From positions 608,698 to 672,697 of the forward strand of contig CAVRHB010000007.1 of assembly GCA_963720905.1 (NCBI GenBank): a stretch of 64,000 nt of DNA, read 5' to 3'. How positions within the stretch are numbered: the stretch's first letter is position 1; each line of letters starts with the position of its first letter. The translations under genes were made by a program, and so were the position numbers. The notes under the pieces are model-generated. The model ran no database searches. It worked only from the letters and a program-made list of their open reading frames with translations, and was not told the origin of the DNA. This DNA comes from an uncultured Acidobacteriota bacterium (GTDB taxonomy: Bacteria > Acidobacteriota > Blastocatellia > Pyrinomonadales > Pyrinomonadaceae). Below, piece after piece: positions 46,524-56,021 of this stretch.

Positions 46524-47363
46524 ATGCAGGTATTACTGGCAGACGAATATGGTTTTTGTTTCGGCGTTGAGCGTGCCGTGGAGATGGTCGAAGAGGCCGT
46601 CGGCGCGGGCGATACGGTGCGAAGCCTGGGACCGCTTATTCATAACGAGCAGGAGATGCAGCGGCTCGGTCAATACGGCGTAACGACGATCAGCGAACCG
46701 GTGCAGATCAAACGCGGCGAAACCGCCGTAATACGTGCTCATGGCGTCACGCCGCAGGTTCAATCCCAACTCGAACAGATAGCATCAAAGGTTGTCGATG
46801 CCACCTGCCCGTTCGTCACACGCGTTCAGAAGCTTGCGGCTCGTGCGGCTGCTGAAAACAGACACGTTGTTATAATCGGCAATCCCGATCATCCGGAAAT
46901 GATCGGTGTTCGCGGTTATGCACCCGATCATGCTTTTATCGTTCGCGACGAAAGCGAGGTCGCACAGCTTCCTCAGCTAAGAAAACCACTCATCGTCGCC
47001 CAAACAACGATCAAGGTTCAGACATTTTTCGATACTGCCGAAGCCGTAAAAACAAAAACAACCGATGAAGTGCAGATCGTAAATACCATTTGTTCGGCAA
47101 CAAAAGACCGCCAGGAAGCCGCACGAGCACTTTCAGGAATGGTCGATGCTTTTTATATCATCGGCGGCCGACATTCATCGAATAGCGTAAAATTGCTTGG
47201 TGTCTGTAAAGAAAATTGCGAAAAGAGCTTTTTGATCGAAACCGAAGACGAGATCGATCCGGCTGATCTGATCGGAGTCGAAAAGGTGGGCTTGACTGCC
47301 GGAGCTTCGACACCAAGCTGGCTGATCAAAAAGATAGCAAAACACCTTGGATCGCTCAATTGA
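46524..47363 (+). CDS. ispH: 4-hydroxy-3-methylbut-2-enyl diphosphate reductase.
   Basis: Contains MQVLLADEYGFCFGVERAV...GPLIHN...DATCPFVTRVQ...IIGNPDHPE...NTICSAT...GGRHSSNS. Confidence 0.9.
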   Translation: MQVLLADEYGFCFGVERAVEMVEEAVGAGDTVRSLGPLIHNEQEMQRLGQYGVTTISEPVQIKRGETAVIRAHGVTPQVQSQLEQIASKVVDATCPFVTRVQKLAARAAAENRHVVIIGNPDHPEMIGVRGYAPDHAFIVRDESEVAQLPQLRKPLIVAQTTIKVQTFFDTAEAVKTKTTDEVQIVNTICSATKDRQEAARALSGMVDAFYIIGGRHSSNSVKLLGVCKENCEKSFLIETEDEIDPADLIGVEKVGLTAGASTPSWLIKKIAKHLGSLN

Positions 47364-47394
47364 TATTTGAAATTAAAATTCGTTGTGGAACTAA

Positions 47395-47422
47395 AAGAGC
47401 CGGAGCAGTTGCCCCGGCTCTT
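47395..47422 (-). terminator. Intrinsic terminator for the LysM gene. It could act bidirectionally for ispH.
   Basis: 9-bp stem AAGAGCCGG (47395-47403) pairs with CCGGCTCTT (47414-47422). On the minus strand the hairpin is followed by TTTTAG. Confidence 0.6.
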
Positions 47423-47443
47423 CCGATCTCAGATCGATATTCC

Positions 47444-48344
47444 TTATTCAGGAATGATCAATTCTTGCCCAACGCTGATCGCACTCGGGCTCGATAAACG
47501 ATCGCGGTTTGCGTCGTAGATCCTCAGGTAACCGTTCGCCGTTCCGTAAAAACGGACACTGATCTTTCCAAGCGTATCGCCCGGTTGAACAATGTAGGTT
47601 CTTGATCCGCCATTGTTGGTCGCATCCGGATATTCGGTTCGTTCGGTCCTTTCGCCAAATCGCGGAAGCGAAATTCCTTGATTCAGAACAACGCCGAATT
47701 CGGTTCCGGATTTTACCTCTGCATTTTCGCCTTTGGTAAAACGTTCGCCAAGCAAACCTGCTCCGGCTCCGATCAAGCCGCCGATCAAAGCACCTTTGCC
47801 GCCGCCGATCGCGGCTCCGAGAACCGCGCCGCCTGCGCCGCCGCCGCCGATAAAGATGATCTTGCGATGCTTCATCTTATCGCCCGAAGCCGTGCCTTCG
47901 TTGTCGCTCTTCGCATCATCAGCATCAAGATCGGTAAGTGAGCCGTTGATGCGACGCGATGTGCCGTTCGGCAGATCAAGCTTAATAAAGCTTACATCGA
48001 TCTGGCCCGGATCTCCCCCTTTTTTGGCTGGGGTCACCGAATCGATCCGGCCCGTGACCTTGCTGCTTTGAGGTATGACGATCACACCGTTGTTCGAATA
48101 AACGTCATCGGTGACGGTTGCGGTAAAAGTATCGCCAACCTGCGAAGCTTTCGAATTGATCGTTTGATCGATACGAACACGCAATCGGGTACCGCTTGCA
48201 ACGTTAAAGCTTTGCCGCACGTGTCGGAGTCGTGCGTCTTATCGTGGGTTTTCGCTGAGCATCGATATTTATCGCCGTTAGCGAAACCATCAATGCGAAA
48301 AAAAGCGAAAGAACGCCCAAATTCCTAATATTCTTCATAATCAT
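47444..48344 (-). pseudogene. Secreted glycine-zipper plus LysM domain protein. The N-terminal signal peptide is out of frame: one shift in the A7 run 48298-48304 and a second near 48225.
   Basis: An AGGAG RBS precedes MIMKNIRNLGVLSLFF. The frame then shifts to ALMVSLTAINIDAQRKPT, and shifts again to the listed ORF (RQSFNVASGTRLRV...). The glycine zipper reads IGGGGAGGAVLGAAIGGGKGALIGGLIGAGAG. The C-terminal LysM domain reads YIVQPGDTLGKISVRFYG...IYDANRDRL. Confidence 0.65.
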
Positions 48345-48630
48345 CTCCTGTCTTTTATCAACCAAAATAGAACTTCGACGTGATTTGCTAAGGAAAATGC
48401 TCAGCTCACGAATCGAAAATTTAAATACACCTTATGAATATAGTTTAGCATTTTACTCAACACGGTAAAAAACTTTTGGAAAACGGTTCAATTAAAACTA
48501 TAATACATACACATAGTCAGTTTTTAGATGTTCCTTTACTTGACCGCCGTTGGCTTTGAATAACGGCTGCGGAATGTTTTCGATTTGTCAGGGAAAATTA
48601 TGCATTTGGTAAATCAATCAATTTTATTGT

Positions 48631-48957
48631 TTGCGTCTGAATTTGCTTGATGCTCTTTTGACAATATTTTGGGTTCGCAACGGGATCGCAACCGAAGGCA
48701 ATCAGCTGATGGCACGGCTGCTCGACATAGGCGACCTCACTTTTCTTTCGGTAAAAATCGCGATCGGAGCAACCGCCGCAATCGTCCTGTTGCTTTGGGG
48801 AAATCGAAAGATAGCCCGTTATGGCGTGACGGTTGCCATAGCATTGTATATTAGTCTGATGGGTGTGCATCTATATACCGGCCTTTCCGCAGCCGGAATA
48901 GTTTCAAACGCTTCGATCACAAATTTCTTCAGCGGCATCACACATTTCTTTTCTTGA
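48631..48957 (+). CDS. DUF5658-family small membrane protein.
   Basis: Contains LNLLDALLTIFWVRNGIATEGNQLM and three hydrophobic helices. The true start may lie upstream (ATG at 48600 in another frame). Confidence 0.6.
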   Translation: MRLNLLDALLTIFWVRNGIATEGNQLMARLLDIGDLTFLSVKIAIGATAAIVLLLWGNRKIARYGVTVAIALYISLMGVHLYTGLSAAGIVSNASITNFFSGITHFFS

Positions 48958-49105
48958 TCACCTTAATTTAAAATGATCCTCTCGGCTTTTATTCTTACCT
49001 GAACAAGATGCCGATCTCTCGCGTATAAATAATGTATAAATGCACAACGCGAAAGTATAGCGTTTGCATCAAATGAACAATTCGTACTAGTTAGAGGAAT
49101 TATTT

Positions 49106-50284
49106 ATGAAAACGAAATCTGTTTATAGTTTATCCGCACGGCAAATACTTTTGCTTTCGTTCGCTACGTCTTTTATCGCCATCGGAGTAGTTATCGGTGC
49201 CTATCTGGTGGTCACCGGCTGGCATTCAAATAGTTCAGCAATGGAGATCGCGGCATCAACGCCAAGCGGTATCAGTGATCCCTCGGCTGTTTCCGACGAG
49301 CAAAATAGCATCGAAGTTTACAGAGCCATTTCGCCCGGAGTAGCATTTATAAATACAACATCATACACGCAAGATTTCTGGGGAGATGTTCAGGAAGGCC
49401 GCGGCAACGGCTCCGGTTCCGTAATTGATAACGAAGGTCACATTCTGACAAATTATCACGTGATCGAAGGTGCACAGAAGATTACGGTGAATTTTGGCGG
49501 CGAGAAGGTTTATCCCGCAAAAGTTGTCGGAGGCGACCCTGATACTGATCTCGCTGTGATCAAGATCGACGGCGCAACAGGATTGACGATCATACCGCTT
49601 GGCGATTCAGATCAGCTTTCGGTCGGCCAGAAAGTTCTGGCTATAGGTAATCCATTTGGATTGGATCGTACGCTGACTACAGGCGTTATCTCAGGCCTTC
49701 AGCGGCCGATCAGAGCCCGCAACAATCGCCCGATCGATGCCGCGATCCAAACGGACGCATCTATTAATCCGGGAAATTCTGGGGGTCCGCTTTTGGATAA
49801 ATTCGGCAAAATGATCGGCATTAACTCTCAGATCCTCGCTCCTGCCGGCGGTTCGGTTGGCGTTGGTTTTGCTGTTCCGGTCAATACGGCAAAACGCGTA
49901 ATCCCGCAGCTTCTAAAGTTTGGCTCGGTGAGCAGACCGAATATTCGCGTTGACGGCGTCGGAGTCGAATCGCTGGCCGATCGCGGTATTAAGCTTCCTG
50001 TTTCTAAGGGTTTGCTTCTGTATTCGGTTTCTCGGGGCGGCCCTGCAGACCTTGCGGGACTGCACGGACTTTCACGAGATTCATCGGGACAGTTAGTGCT
50101 TGGTGACGTTATCACGAGCATTGATGGAACGCCGATTGGAAGTCTCGACGATCTATATAGGGCTCTCGATAAGAGAAAAGTCGGCGAAAATGCCCAGCTC
50201 GAAGTGTTTCGTAACGGCCAAACCCGTAAGGTTACAGTTACGCTAGCAGCGTCTAGAGACTCCGATCGTTCTCGACAGTTCTGA
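49106..50284 (+). CDS. HtrA/DegP-family (S1C) serine protease with one PDZ domain.
   Basis: An N-terminal transmembrane anchor is present. The catalytic triad context is TNYHVIE, DLAVIK and GNSGGPL. The PDZ domain reads GLLLYSVSRGGPADLAGL. Confidence 0.85.
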   Translation: MKTKSVYSLSARQILLLSFATSFIAIGVVIGAYLVVTGWHSNSSAMEIAASTPSGISDPSAVSDEQNSIEVYRAISPGVAFINTTSYTQDFWGDVQEGRGNGSGSVIDNEGHILTNYHVIEGAQKITVNFGGEKVYPAKVVGGDPDTDLAVIKIDGATGLTIIPLGDSDQLSVGQKVLAIGNPFGLDRTLTTGVISGLQRPIRARNNRPIDAAIQTDASINPGNSGGPLLDKFGKMIGINSQILAPAGGSVGVGFAVPVNTAKRVIPQLLKFGSVSRPNIRVDGVGVESLADRGIKLPVSKGLLLYSVSRGGPADLAGLHGLSRDSSGQLVLGDVITSIDGTPIGSLDDLYRALDKRKVGENAQLEVFRNGQTRKVTVTLAASRDSDRSRQF

Positions 50285-50290
50285 GTCAAT

Positions 50291-50321
50291 AAAGAGCGGG
50301 CCTTTATCGGCGAGCTCTTTT
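50291..50321 (+). terminator. Possible terminator after the protease gene.
   Basis: 7-bp stem AAAGAGC (50291-50297) pairs with GCTCTTT (50314-50320). The loop is long (16 nt) and the tail is T-rich. Confidence 0.35.
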
Positions 50322-50324
50322 ATC

Positions 50325-50564
50325 ATGGTCAAATTACAGAATTTTTTTAATGACGGCTTTGGCTGGCAATGTCGCCCATGCACCCATGAATTGGGCGATG
50401 TCATTCAAGAAGCTGAAGGACTGTCGCGAATAATGTCCGAAGGCGAAGCCGAAAGCAAGACACAATCGCTCTCGCTACCGGCATTGGCAAAATGGACCGA
50501 TCTTGCACACCGAAGTCTGATATGTCCACGGTGCGGCATAACCGAATTGTACGACAAATCGTAA
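50325..50564 (+). CDS. Small zinc-ribbon-like protein (hypothetical).
   Basis: 79 aa with two CxxC pairs (CRPC ... CPRCG). Confidence 0.45.
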   Translation: MVKLQNFFNDGFGWQCRPCTHELGDVIQEAEGLSRIMSEGEAESKTQSLSLPALAKWTDLAHRSLICPRCGITELYDKS

Positions 50565-50594
50565 TTGGATCGCTGCTATGTTAGATTTTACATA

Positions 50595-51458
50595 ATGCTC
50601 GAAACCGAACTTGAAACTGTCATCAGCCTCGCTAGAAAAGCCTCAAAACGAATTCTCGAATATTACGACGGACAAATAATTGCCGAAGAAAAGATCGGAG
50701 CGGATAGCTTTGCTGAACCGGTAACAGCAGCCGACCGAGAAGCAAGCCAGATCATTGTTAAAGGGCTTTCGAATGCTTTCCCGGCGGACGCTATTCTTTC
50801 CGAAGAAGAAACCGATGACACAACAATGCGGATGAAAGCGGAACGGGTCTGGATCATCGACCCGATCGATGGAACGGCAGGATTCATTAAGCAAGATGGA
50901 GATTTTGCCGTCCAGATCGGCTTGGCTGTTCGCGGCGAAGCTGTGCTCGGCGTGGTCCTGCTGCCGTTCCATCAAAAACTTTATTACGCAAAGAAAGGCT
51001 GCGGAGCATGGATGACCGTCGGAAATTCAGAGCCGTTAAGAATGACGGTTTCCGATACAATTGATATTTCTGAAATGACGATCGCGATATCAAAGAATCA
51101 TCCAAGTGCTCGAATGGGAAGAGTGCTTGATGGATTAGATTTTCGCAAAAGCGTCAGCCGCGGTTCGGTGGGCCTAAAGGTTGGATTGATCAGTGAAAAC
51201 GAATGCGACGTTTATATCCATTTATCGCCGAGGACAAAAATGTGGGATACATGCGGCCCGCAAGTCATTTTGGAAGAAGCTGGCGGAAAACTGACCGACC
51301 TATACGGAAAAAAATATAAATACGACAGGATCGATGTTCAAAACTTCGGCGGGATAGCCGCTTCGAACGGCTATTCTCATGAAAACATTATTGCAGAATT
51401 AAGGCCGATCCTTGCTGAGATCGGCCGCCCAAGATTTTCAGCTAAAATGCGTGGTTGA
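50595..51458 (+). CDS. Inositol monophosphatase / CysQ-family 3'(2'),5'-bisphosphate nucleotidase.
   Basis: Contains ILSEEE...VWIIDPIDGTAGF...WDTCGP. The start was chosen at MLETELE. Confidence 0.75.
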   Translation: MLETELETVISLARKASKRILEYYDGQIIAEEKIGADSFAEPVTAADREASQIIVKGLSNAFPADAILSEEETDDTTMRMKAERVWIIDPIDGTAGFIKQDGDFAVQIGLAVRGEAVLGVVLLPFHQKLYYAKKGCGAWMTVGNSEPLRMTVSDTIDISEMTIAISKNHPSARMGRVLDGLDFRKSVSRGSVGLKVGLISENECDVYIHLSPRTKMWDTCGPQVILEEAGGKLTDLYGKKYKYDRIDVQNFGGIAASNGYSHENIIAELRPILAEIGRPRFSAKMRG

Positions 51459-53048
51459 TCATTTGTTTGAGCCGCCCTCAGCGATACTTTCAGATTCAAA
51501 GTTCGCAATTAATTTTGCTTCGGCTCGCTGTCGTTTCTTCGCTCGTCTCCAAGTTCCGATCCCTTCGCTGGTCAGACTGAATATCGACTTGCGATTATCA
51601 AATAACAATTTGAGCCAGGCCGCTTTGCTCATCTGCGGAAAATAAATACCGCGAAAAAATAATCTCGCGACCAGATGACTTATTCTGACATCGATCGGCG
51701 GATTTTTTATGGAGCTGATCGCTTCGAAATTTCGTTCCGGGCTGTAGGATCGAGACCATGCATCGAACGTCTCAGATTTAGCATCTTCGATCGTCATCTT
51801 CAGCGGGTTATGTGCCATAACGAAAGGGGCGAATTCTAGCCAATGCTTCGGTCTATGAAGCCTTCCGGCTTTCTGCAAACGATCATACAAAGGTGTAGAA
51901 GGAAATGGAGTTAGCTGACCAAACACCGGTAATCCAGGAGCCCAGCTTTCGATCTCATCTACAGTTCGGTCAGCGACGCCGACCGTATCATTATCCATTC
52001 CGAAAATAAACGATGTGATCGCATAAATATTTCGACGAGCTAGGCCGTCAAGCACACCTTGATAATTTGCGGGCTTCGAGAAAGTTTTATTAACGTCCGC
52101 CATATTTGCCGGATCGATCGATTCCATCCCGATAAAGATCCATTTTGCACCGGCGTCTGCGATGAGATCGACGAGTTCTTCATCAGAGAGCAAATTCGCA
52201 CTGATCTGGGCAACCCACGGAAGCTGGGCACCGGCGGCTATGATATCCCGCAGTAGTGACTTCAAACGCTTCTTATTTATCGCAAGATTGTCATCGATAA
52301 AGAAAACAGCTACCTGTCCCTTTTCCCGTTTCGCACGAGCTTTCAATCTCAACAGTTCTTCGACAACGCTCTCGTTTGAACGAAAACGTATGGAGTCGCC
52401 AAAGAATCCGGTGACCGTACAAAATTCGCAACCATACGGACAGCCGCGGCCGGTTTCGATCGGAACTACAAAGAATTTGCCCCAGCCTTCGCCAAATTTT
52501 GACATCAATGGGCGAAGAAATGTCGGAACCAAACTGAATTGCTCCAGATCGACCGATTCCCAAGGAATGTGTGGATAAGGCTGTAAGTTCGGTTTTTTGT
52601 CGTTTCCTTTCGGGTCGATCTCGGGAGTATAAATCTCTTTTAACTCGCCTTTCGCCGCATCAGAGACCATCAAATGCCAAGTCTCATCGGCTTCGCCGAG
52701 TGCTACCGCGTCCGCGTGTTTCGGCCCGCCGTCTTTGCCCAAAGCTTCGTCGGGACATTCCGTAACATGAGGTCCACCCATTACGACGGTAATTCCCGCG
52801 GCTCGCAAACCGTCCGCCATGTGATAAGCACGAGCGACCATGCGCGTCATCGCTCCGATTCCGACCATGTCAACTTTTTCTTCTTTGCAATATTCAACCA
52901 ACTCCTCACGCGTCATTGCCTTTGCGTTTCCATCGATCAATATAACTTCATGTTCTTTGGGTGTTAATGCCTGGAGCAAAAACATCCAAAGATGCGGCAT
53001 AAAATTGCGCGTGATTCCGTTGTCAGGATTGTAGAGTAGAATTTTCAT
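51459..53048 (-). CDS. B12-binding-domain radical SAM protein of unknown substrate.
   Basis: The N-terminal cobalamin-binding-like fold reads MKILLYNP...VDMVGIGAMT...VVMGGPHVT. The radical SAM cluster is ETGRGCPYGCEFCTV. A long C-terminal extension follows. Confidence 0.8.
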   Translation of the reverse strand: MKILLYNPDNGITRNFMPHLWMFLLQALTPKEHEVILIDGNAKAMTREELVEYCKEEKVDMVGIGAMTRMVARAYHMADGLRAAGITVVMGGPHVTECPDEALGKDGGPKHADAVALGEADETWHLMVSDAAKGELKEIYTPEIDPKGNDKKPNLQPYPHIPWESVDLEQFSLVPTFLRPLMSKFGEGWGKFFVVPIETGRGCPYGCEFCTVTGFFGDSIRFRSNESVVEELLRLKARAKREKGQVAVFFIDDNLAINKKRLKSLLRDIIAAGAQLPWVAQISANLLSDEELVDLIADAGAKWIFIGMESIDPANMADVNKTFSKPANYQGVLDGLARRNIYAITSFIFGMDNDTVGVADRTVDEIESWAPGLPVFGQLTPFPSTPLYDRLQKAGRLHRPKHWLEFAPFVMAHNPLKMTIEDAKSETFDAWSRSYSPERNFEAISSIKNPPIDVRISHLVARLFFRGIYFPQMSKAAWLKLLFDNRKSIFSLTSEGIGTWRRAKKRQRAEAKLIANFESESIAEGGSNK

Positions 53049-53169
53049 ATTTAAAGTTAAAGCCTTTGGGCGTCTATCTTGCCTCAGGTTACTGAATAAC
53101 GAGAGGACGGTTGTTAGCCAGGAAGATCAGGTATAGAAAACATATTATCTCACTTATCGCGAATTTAGG

Positions 53170-53979
53170 CTATTTGGCGAGCGAGTATTTAACAATTCTG
53201 AAAAGAGCCGTGTCAGGTAATAGTTTGCGGGCGGTCAAGATTCCTTTCGTGTTCACACCATATCTGAATCTCTCCGAACTGTCGCTCGCCGCGTCGTAAA
53301 TAGTTTGGGCAACAACACTTCCGTCGGGAGCCGTCTCTGCCGATCTCTGCATATTTTCACGAACTTTGGTTACGAATGTGTCATAGTCAGCCGCAGCTTC
53401 ATTTGTAGCTTCGTCTTCGGATCGTCCATAGAAATCAGTCTGGATCGGTCCCGGCTCAATTAGTTTCACCCGAATGTTGAATTGTTTGAGTTCGTATCTG
53501 ATCGATTCCGAAAATCCTTCAACCGCAAATTTTGAGGCACAATAAGCGCTTGCGGCGGGAAAAGCCACCCGCCCTCCAATAGACGAAATATTAATTATGG
53601 TTCCCCGCTTTTGTTCCCGAAAATACGGTAGTACCTCGCGGCAAACATTCATCAAACCGAAAACATTTGTGTCGAATTGGCGCTGGAGTTGATCTGGCGA
53701 TGCCGCTTCGAATGCACCGAACAGCCAATAACCTGCATTATTGATGACGGCATCGAGTCGCCCGAATTTTTCTATCGCGTCTGCAACTGCTTTTTTGATC
53801 GAATCAACTTCTGTTACATCAAGCCGGAAACATTCGACGTCCGCGATCCTCTGCAGGTCTTCGGAGCTTGAAAGATCACGCATCGTTGCGGCAACCTTCC
53901 AATTCTTCGTTTGAAACAATTTCGCTGTTTCCTTGCCGATGCCGCTCGATGCACCGGTTATCATGACTACCTTTTCCAT
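53170..53979 (-). CDS. SDR-family oxidoreductase.
   Basis: Contains VVMITGASSGIGKETA (TGxxxGxG), NNAG and SAYCASKFAVEG (YxxxK). Confidence 0.85.
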   Translation of the reverse strand: MEKVVMITGASSGIGKETAKLFQTKNWKVAATMRDLSSSEDLQRIADVECFRLDVTEVDSIKKAVADAIEKFGRLDAVINNAGYWLFGAFEAASPDQLQRQFDTNVFGLMNVCREVLPYFREQKRGTIINISSIGGRVAFPAASAYCASKFAVEGFSESIRYELKQFNIRVKLIEPGPIQTDFYGRSEDEATNEAAADYDTFVTKVRENMQRSAETAPDGSVVAQTIYDAASDSSERFRYGVNTKGILTARKLLPDTALFRIVKYSLAK

Positions 53980-54043
53980 TCGACAAATTTAACATATTAG
54001 ATCGTCGAATGAACCACGAAAAACTCTATGGTAAAATTCAACT

Positions 54044-55315
54044 ATGAAGTTTCTTCATATTGCGGATGTGCATCTGGGTTGCACACGTTATCAGCTTCCC
54101 GAAAGCCCGCGCGATTTTTTCGATGCTTGGATCGATGTAATTGATCGATACGCGATCGATGAAAAAGTCGATTTCGTGATAATGTGCGGCGATTTCTTTC
54201 ATAAAAAAAATGTGCCGCCCGAAACGATGAATTACGCCTTCGCCGGTCTTTCGCTTTTGAAAGATGCTGGAATTCCTGTCGTAGCGATCGAAGGAAATCA
54301 CGACGCACGTTTCCATGACAGTGACTACAGTTGGTTGCGTTCGCTAAGTAATTGGAATCTGATATACCTTCTCGAACCGACAGTGATTGACGGAAAATTT
54401 CATTACAAACCGTGGGATGAAGATGAAAAACGAGGCGGATTCATAGATATCGGCAGGGCACGAATTTTTGGCTCGCAATGGTTCGGAACATCTGCGAACA
54501 CGGCGATTCCGATGCTGACCGAGGCGATCAAAGAAAATCACCGTGAAGGAGCATTTCATATTTTGATGCTCCACACAGACGTTGAAGGCCATCAGACACA
54601 TCCTATCCCGGCTCTTTCGATCTCATCGTTAAAAGAACTCCGGTCGGTGACCGATTATGTCGGTCTCGGACACACTCATATGCATTACGAGATCGAAAAC
54701 TGGGCATTTAACCCGGGTTCAATAGAAGTTACGAATGTTGCAGAATATAAAGAAACGCGCGGTGTTTTTGTCGTCCAGGTTGATGACAACAACAATGTGA
54801 CCGCAAAGCATATCGAAGATTACCGCTATCGGCCGTTTCAGCGAATTCCATTTGATGTTACAAAATTCGACGACACGAAAAAGATCACCGAAGGTGTAAT
54901 AGATCTTGTAAAGCAAACTGCCCGTGTGGCTGAAACCGATAAGCCGGCACCCATAATCGAGATCACTTTGAAAGGCCGGTTGGGTTTCCCCAATTCACTT
55001 TTGGAGCAGCAATTGATTCGCGATACGGCGAAAGAAATAACCGGTGCTTTACATATCAGGTTAAAAAACCATACGGTTCCGGTAGAATTTGCGGTCGCCG
55101 CTGATATCGATGACGAAGCGGGACGCGAAAAACTCGAACGCCGCGTCATTGAAGATCTCGTCCAGCGGGATGCTCGATTCAAGTCTCGTTTCGAATCTTT
55201 ATCCGATGCTGTTGTCGGGGCGAAACGGCTTGCTCTCAGTGACGAATCACCAGAAATGATAGCCGATTTTATCGCGGAAAGATCTTTGGAAGAAGGCGAA
55301 ACGCTCACTTCATAA
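54044..55315 (+). CDS. SbcD/Mre11-family metallophosphoesterase (DNA repair exonuclease-like).
   Basis: Contains MKFLHIADVHLG, MCGDFFHK, AIEGNHD, MLHTDVEG and GLGHTH. The C-terminal region of about 170 aa is of unknown function. Confidence 0.75.
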   Translation: MKFLHIADVHLGCTRYQLPESPRDFFDAWIDVIDRYAIDEKVDFVIMCGDFFHKKNVPPETMNYAFAGLSLLKDAGIPVVAIEGNHDARFHDSDYSWLRSLSNWNLIYLLEPTVIDGKFHYKPWDEDEKRGGFIDIGRARIFGSQWFGTSANTAIPMLTEAIKENHREGAFHILMLHTDVEGHQTHPIPALSISSLKELRSVTDYVGLGHTHMHYEIENWAFNPGSIEVTNVAEYKETRGVFVVQVDDNNNVTAKHIEDYRYRPFQRIPFDVTKFDDTKKITEGVIDLVKQTARVAETDKPAPIIEITLKGRLGFPNSLLEQQLIRDTAKEITGALHIRLKNHTVPVEFAVAADIDDEAGREKLERRVIEDLVQRDARFKSRFESLSDAVVGAKRLALSDESPEMIADFIAERSLEEGETLTS

Positions 55316-55316
55316 T

Positions 55317-56018
55317 ATGTCGGATCAATTAAATAAGCTCAAAGACGTCCGTCAGCTGCCGATCTTTCCTTTGCCGCTGATCCTGTTGCCGAACGAAACA
55401 TTACCGCTGCATATTTTCGAACCGCGGTACCGGCAGATGCTGACGGACGCACTCGGCGGCAATAGACTTTTTGGAGTTAGCTATTTCGATAGTGAAAAAG
55501 CATTTGCGACGCGGCCCGAAGCCGGTTCGGTCGGCTGTGCGGCCGAGATAAAAGAGGCCATTGTTTTGCCTGACGAACGATCGAATATTGTTACGACAGG
55601 TGTTCTTCGTTATCGCATTCTGAATTACATAGATACCGAAAAACCTTACCTTTTGGCCGAAGTTGAGTTTTTCGAAGACACCGCCGAATCAAAGCAAAAT
55701 GCAAAAGGGATCGCAAAAGAGGTGTTCGAACTTTTCGACCGGATAGCACGAGCCGCGTTCAAGCTTTCCGGTGACCGCAGAAAATATGAAACCGTAGAGC
55801 AAAATGATCCGGAAGAGCTTTCATTCCTTGTAATGGCGGCATTCAATCTAGATATCGAACTGAAATATGAATTGCTTAAAAGTATTTCGACCGCAGAGCG
55901 GCTAGTCAGACTTCGTGAGGTTCTTGTGGCTGTCGTTCCGAGCATTGAAGAAAACTCGGACCTTATCCAGGTTGCGCAAAAGAACGGCCATAGTAAAAAG
56001 CCGATCGAGATAGAATGA
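55317..56018 (+). CDS. Stand-alone Lon protease N-terminal (LON substrate-binding, PUA-like) domain protein.
   Basis: Contains LPIFPLPLILLPNETLPLHIFEPRYRQMLTDAL. The ATG is 1 nt after the upstream stop. Confidence 0.75.
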   Translation: MSDQLNKLKDVRQLPIFPLPLILLPNETLPLHIFEPRYRQMLTDALGGNRLFGVSYFDSEKAFATRPEAGSVGCAAEIKEAIVLPDERSNIVTTGVLRYRILNYIDTEKPYLLAEVEFFEDTAESKQNAKGIAKEVFELFDRIARAAFKLSGDRRKYETVEQNDPEELSFLVMAAFNLDIELKYELLKSISTAERLVRLREVLVAVVPSIEENSDLIQVAQKNGHSKKPIEIE

Positions 56019-56021
56019 ATT

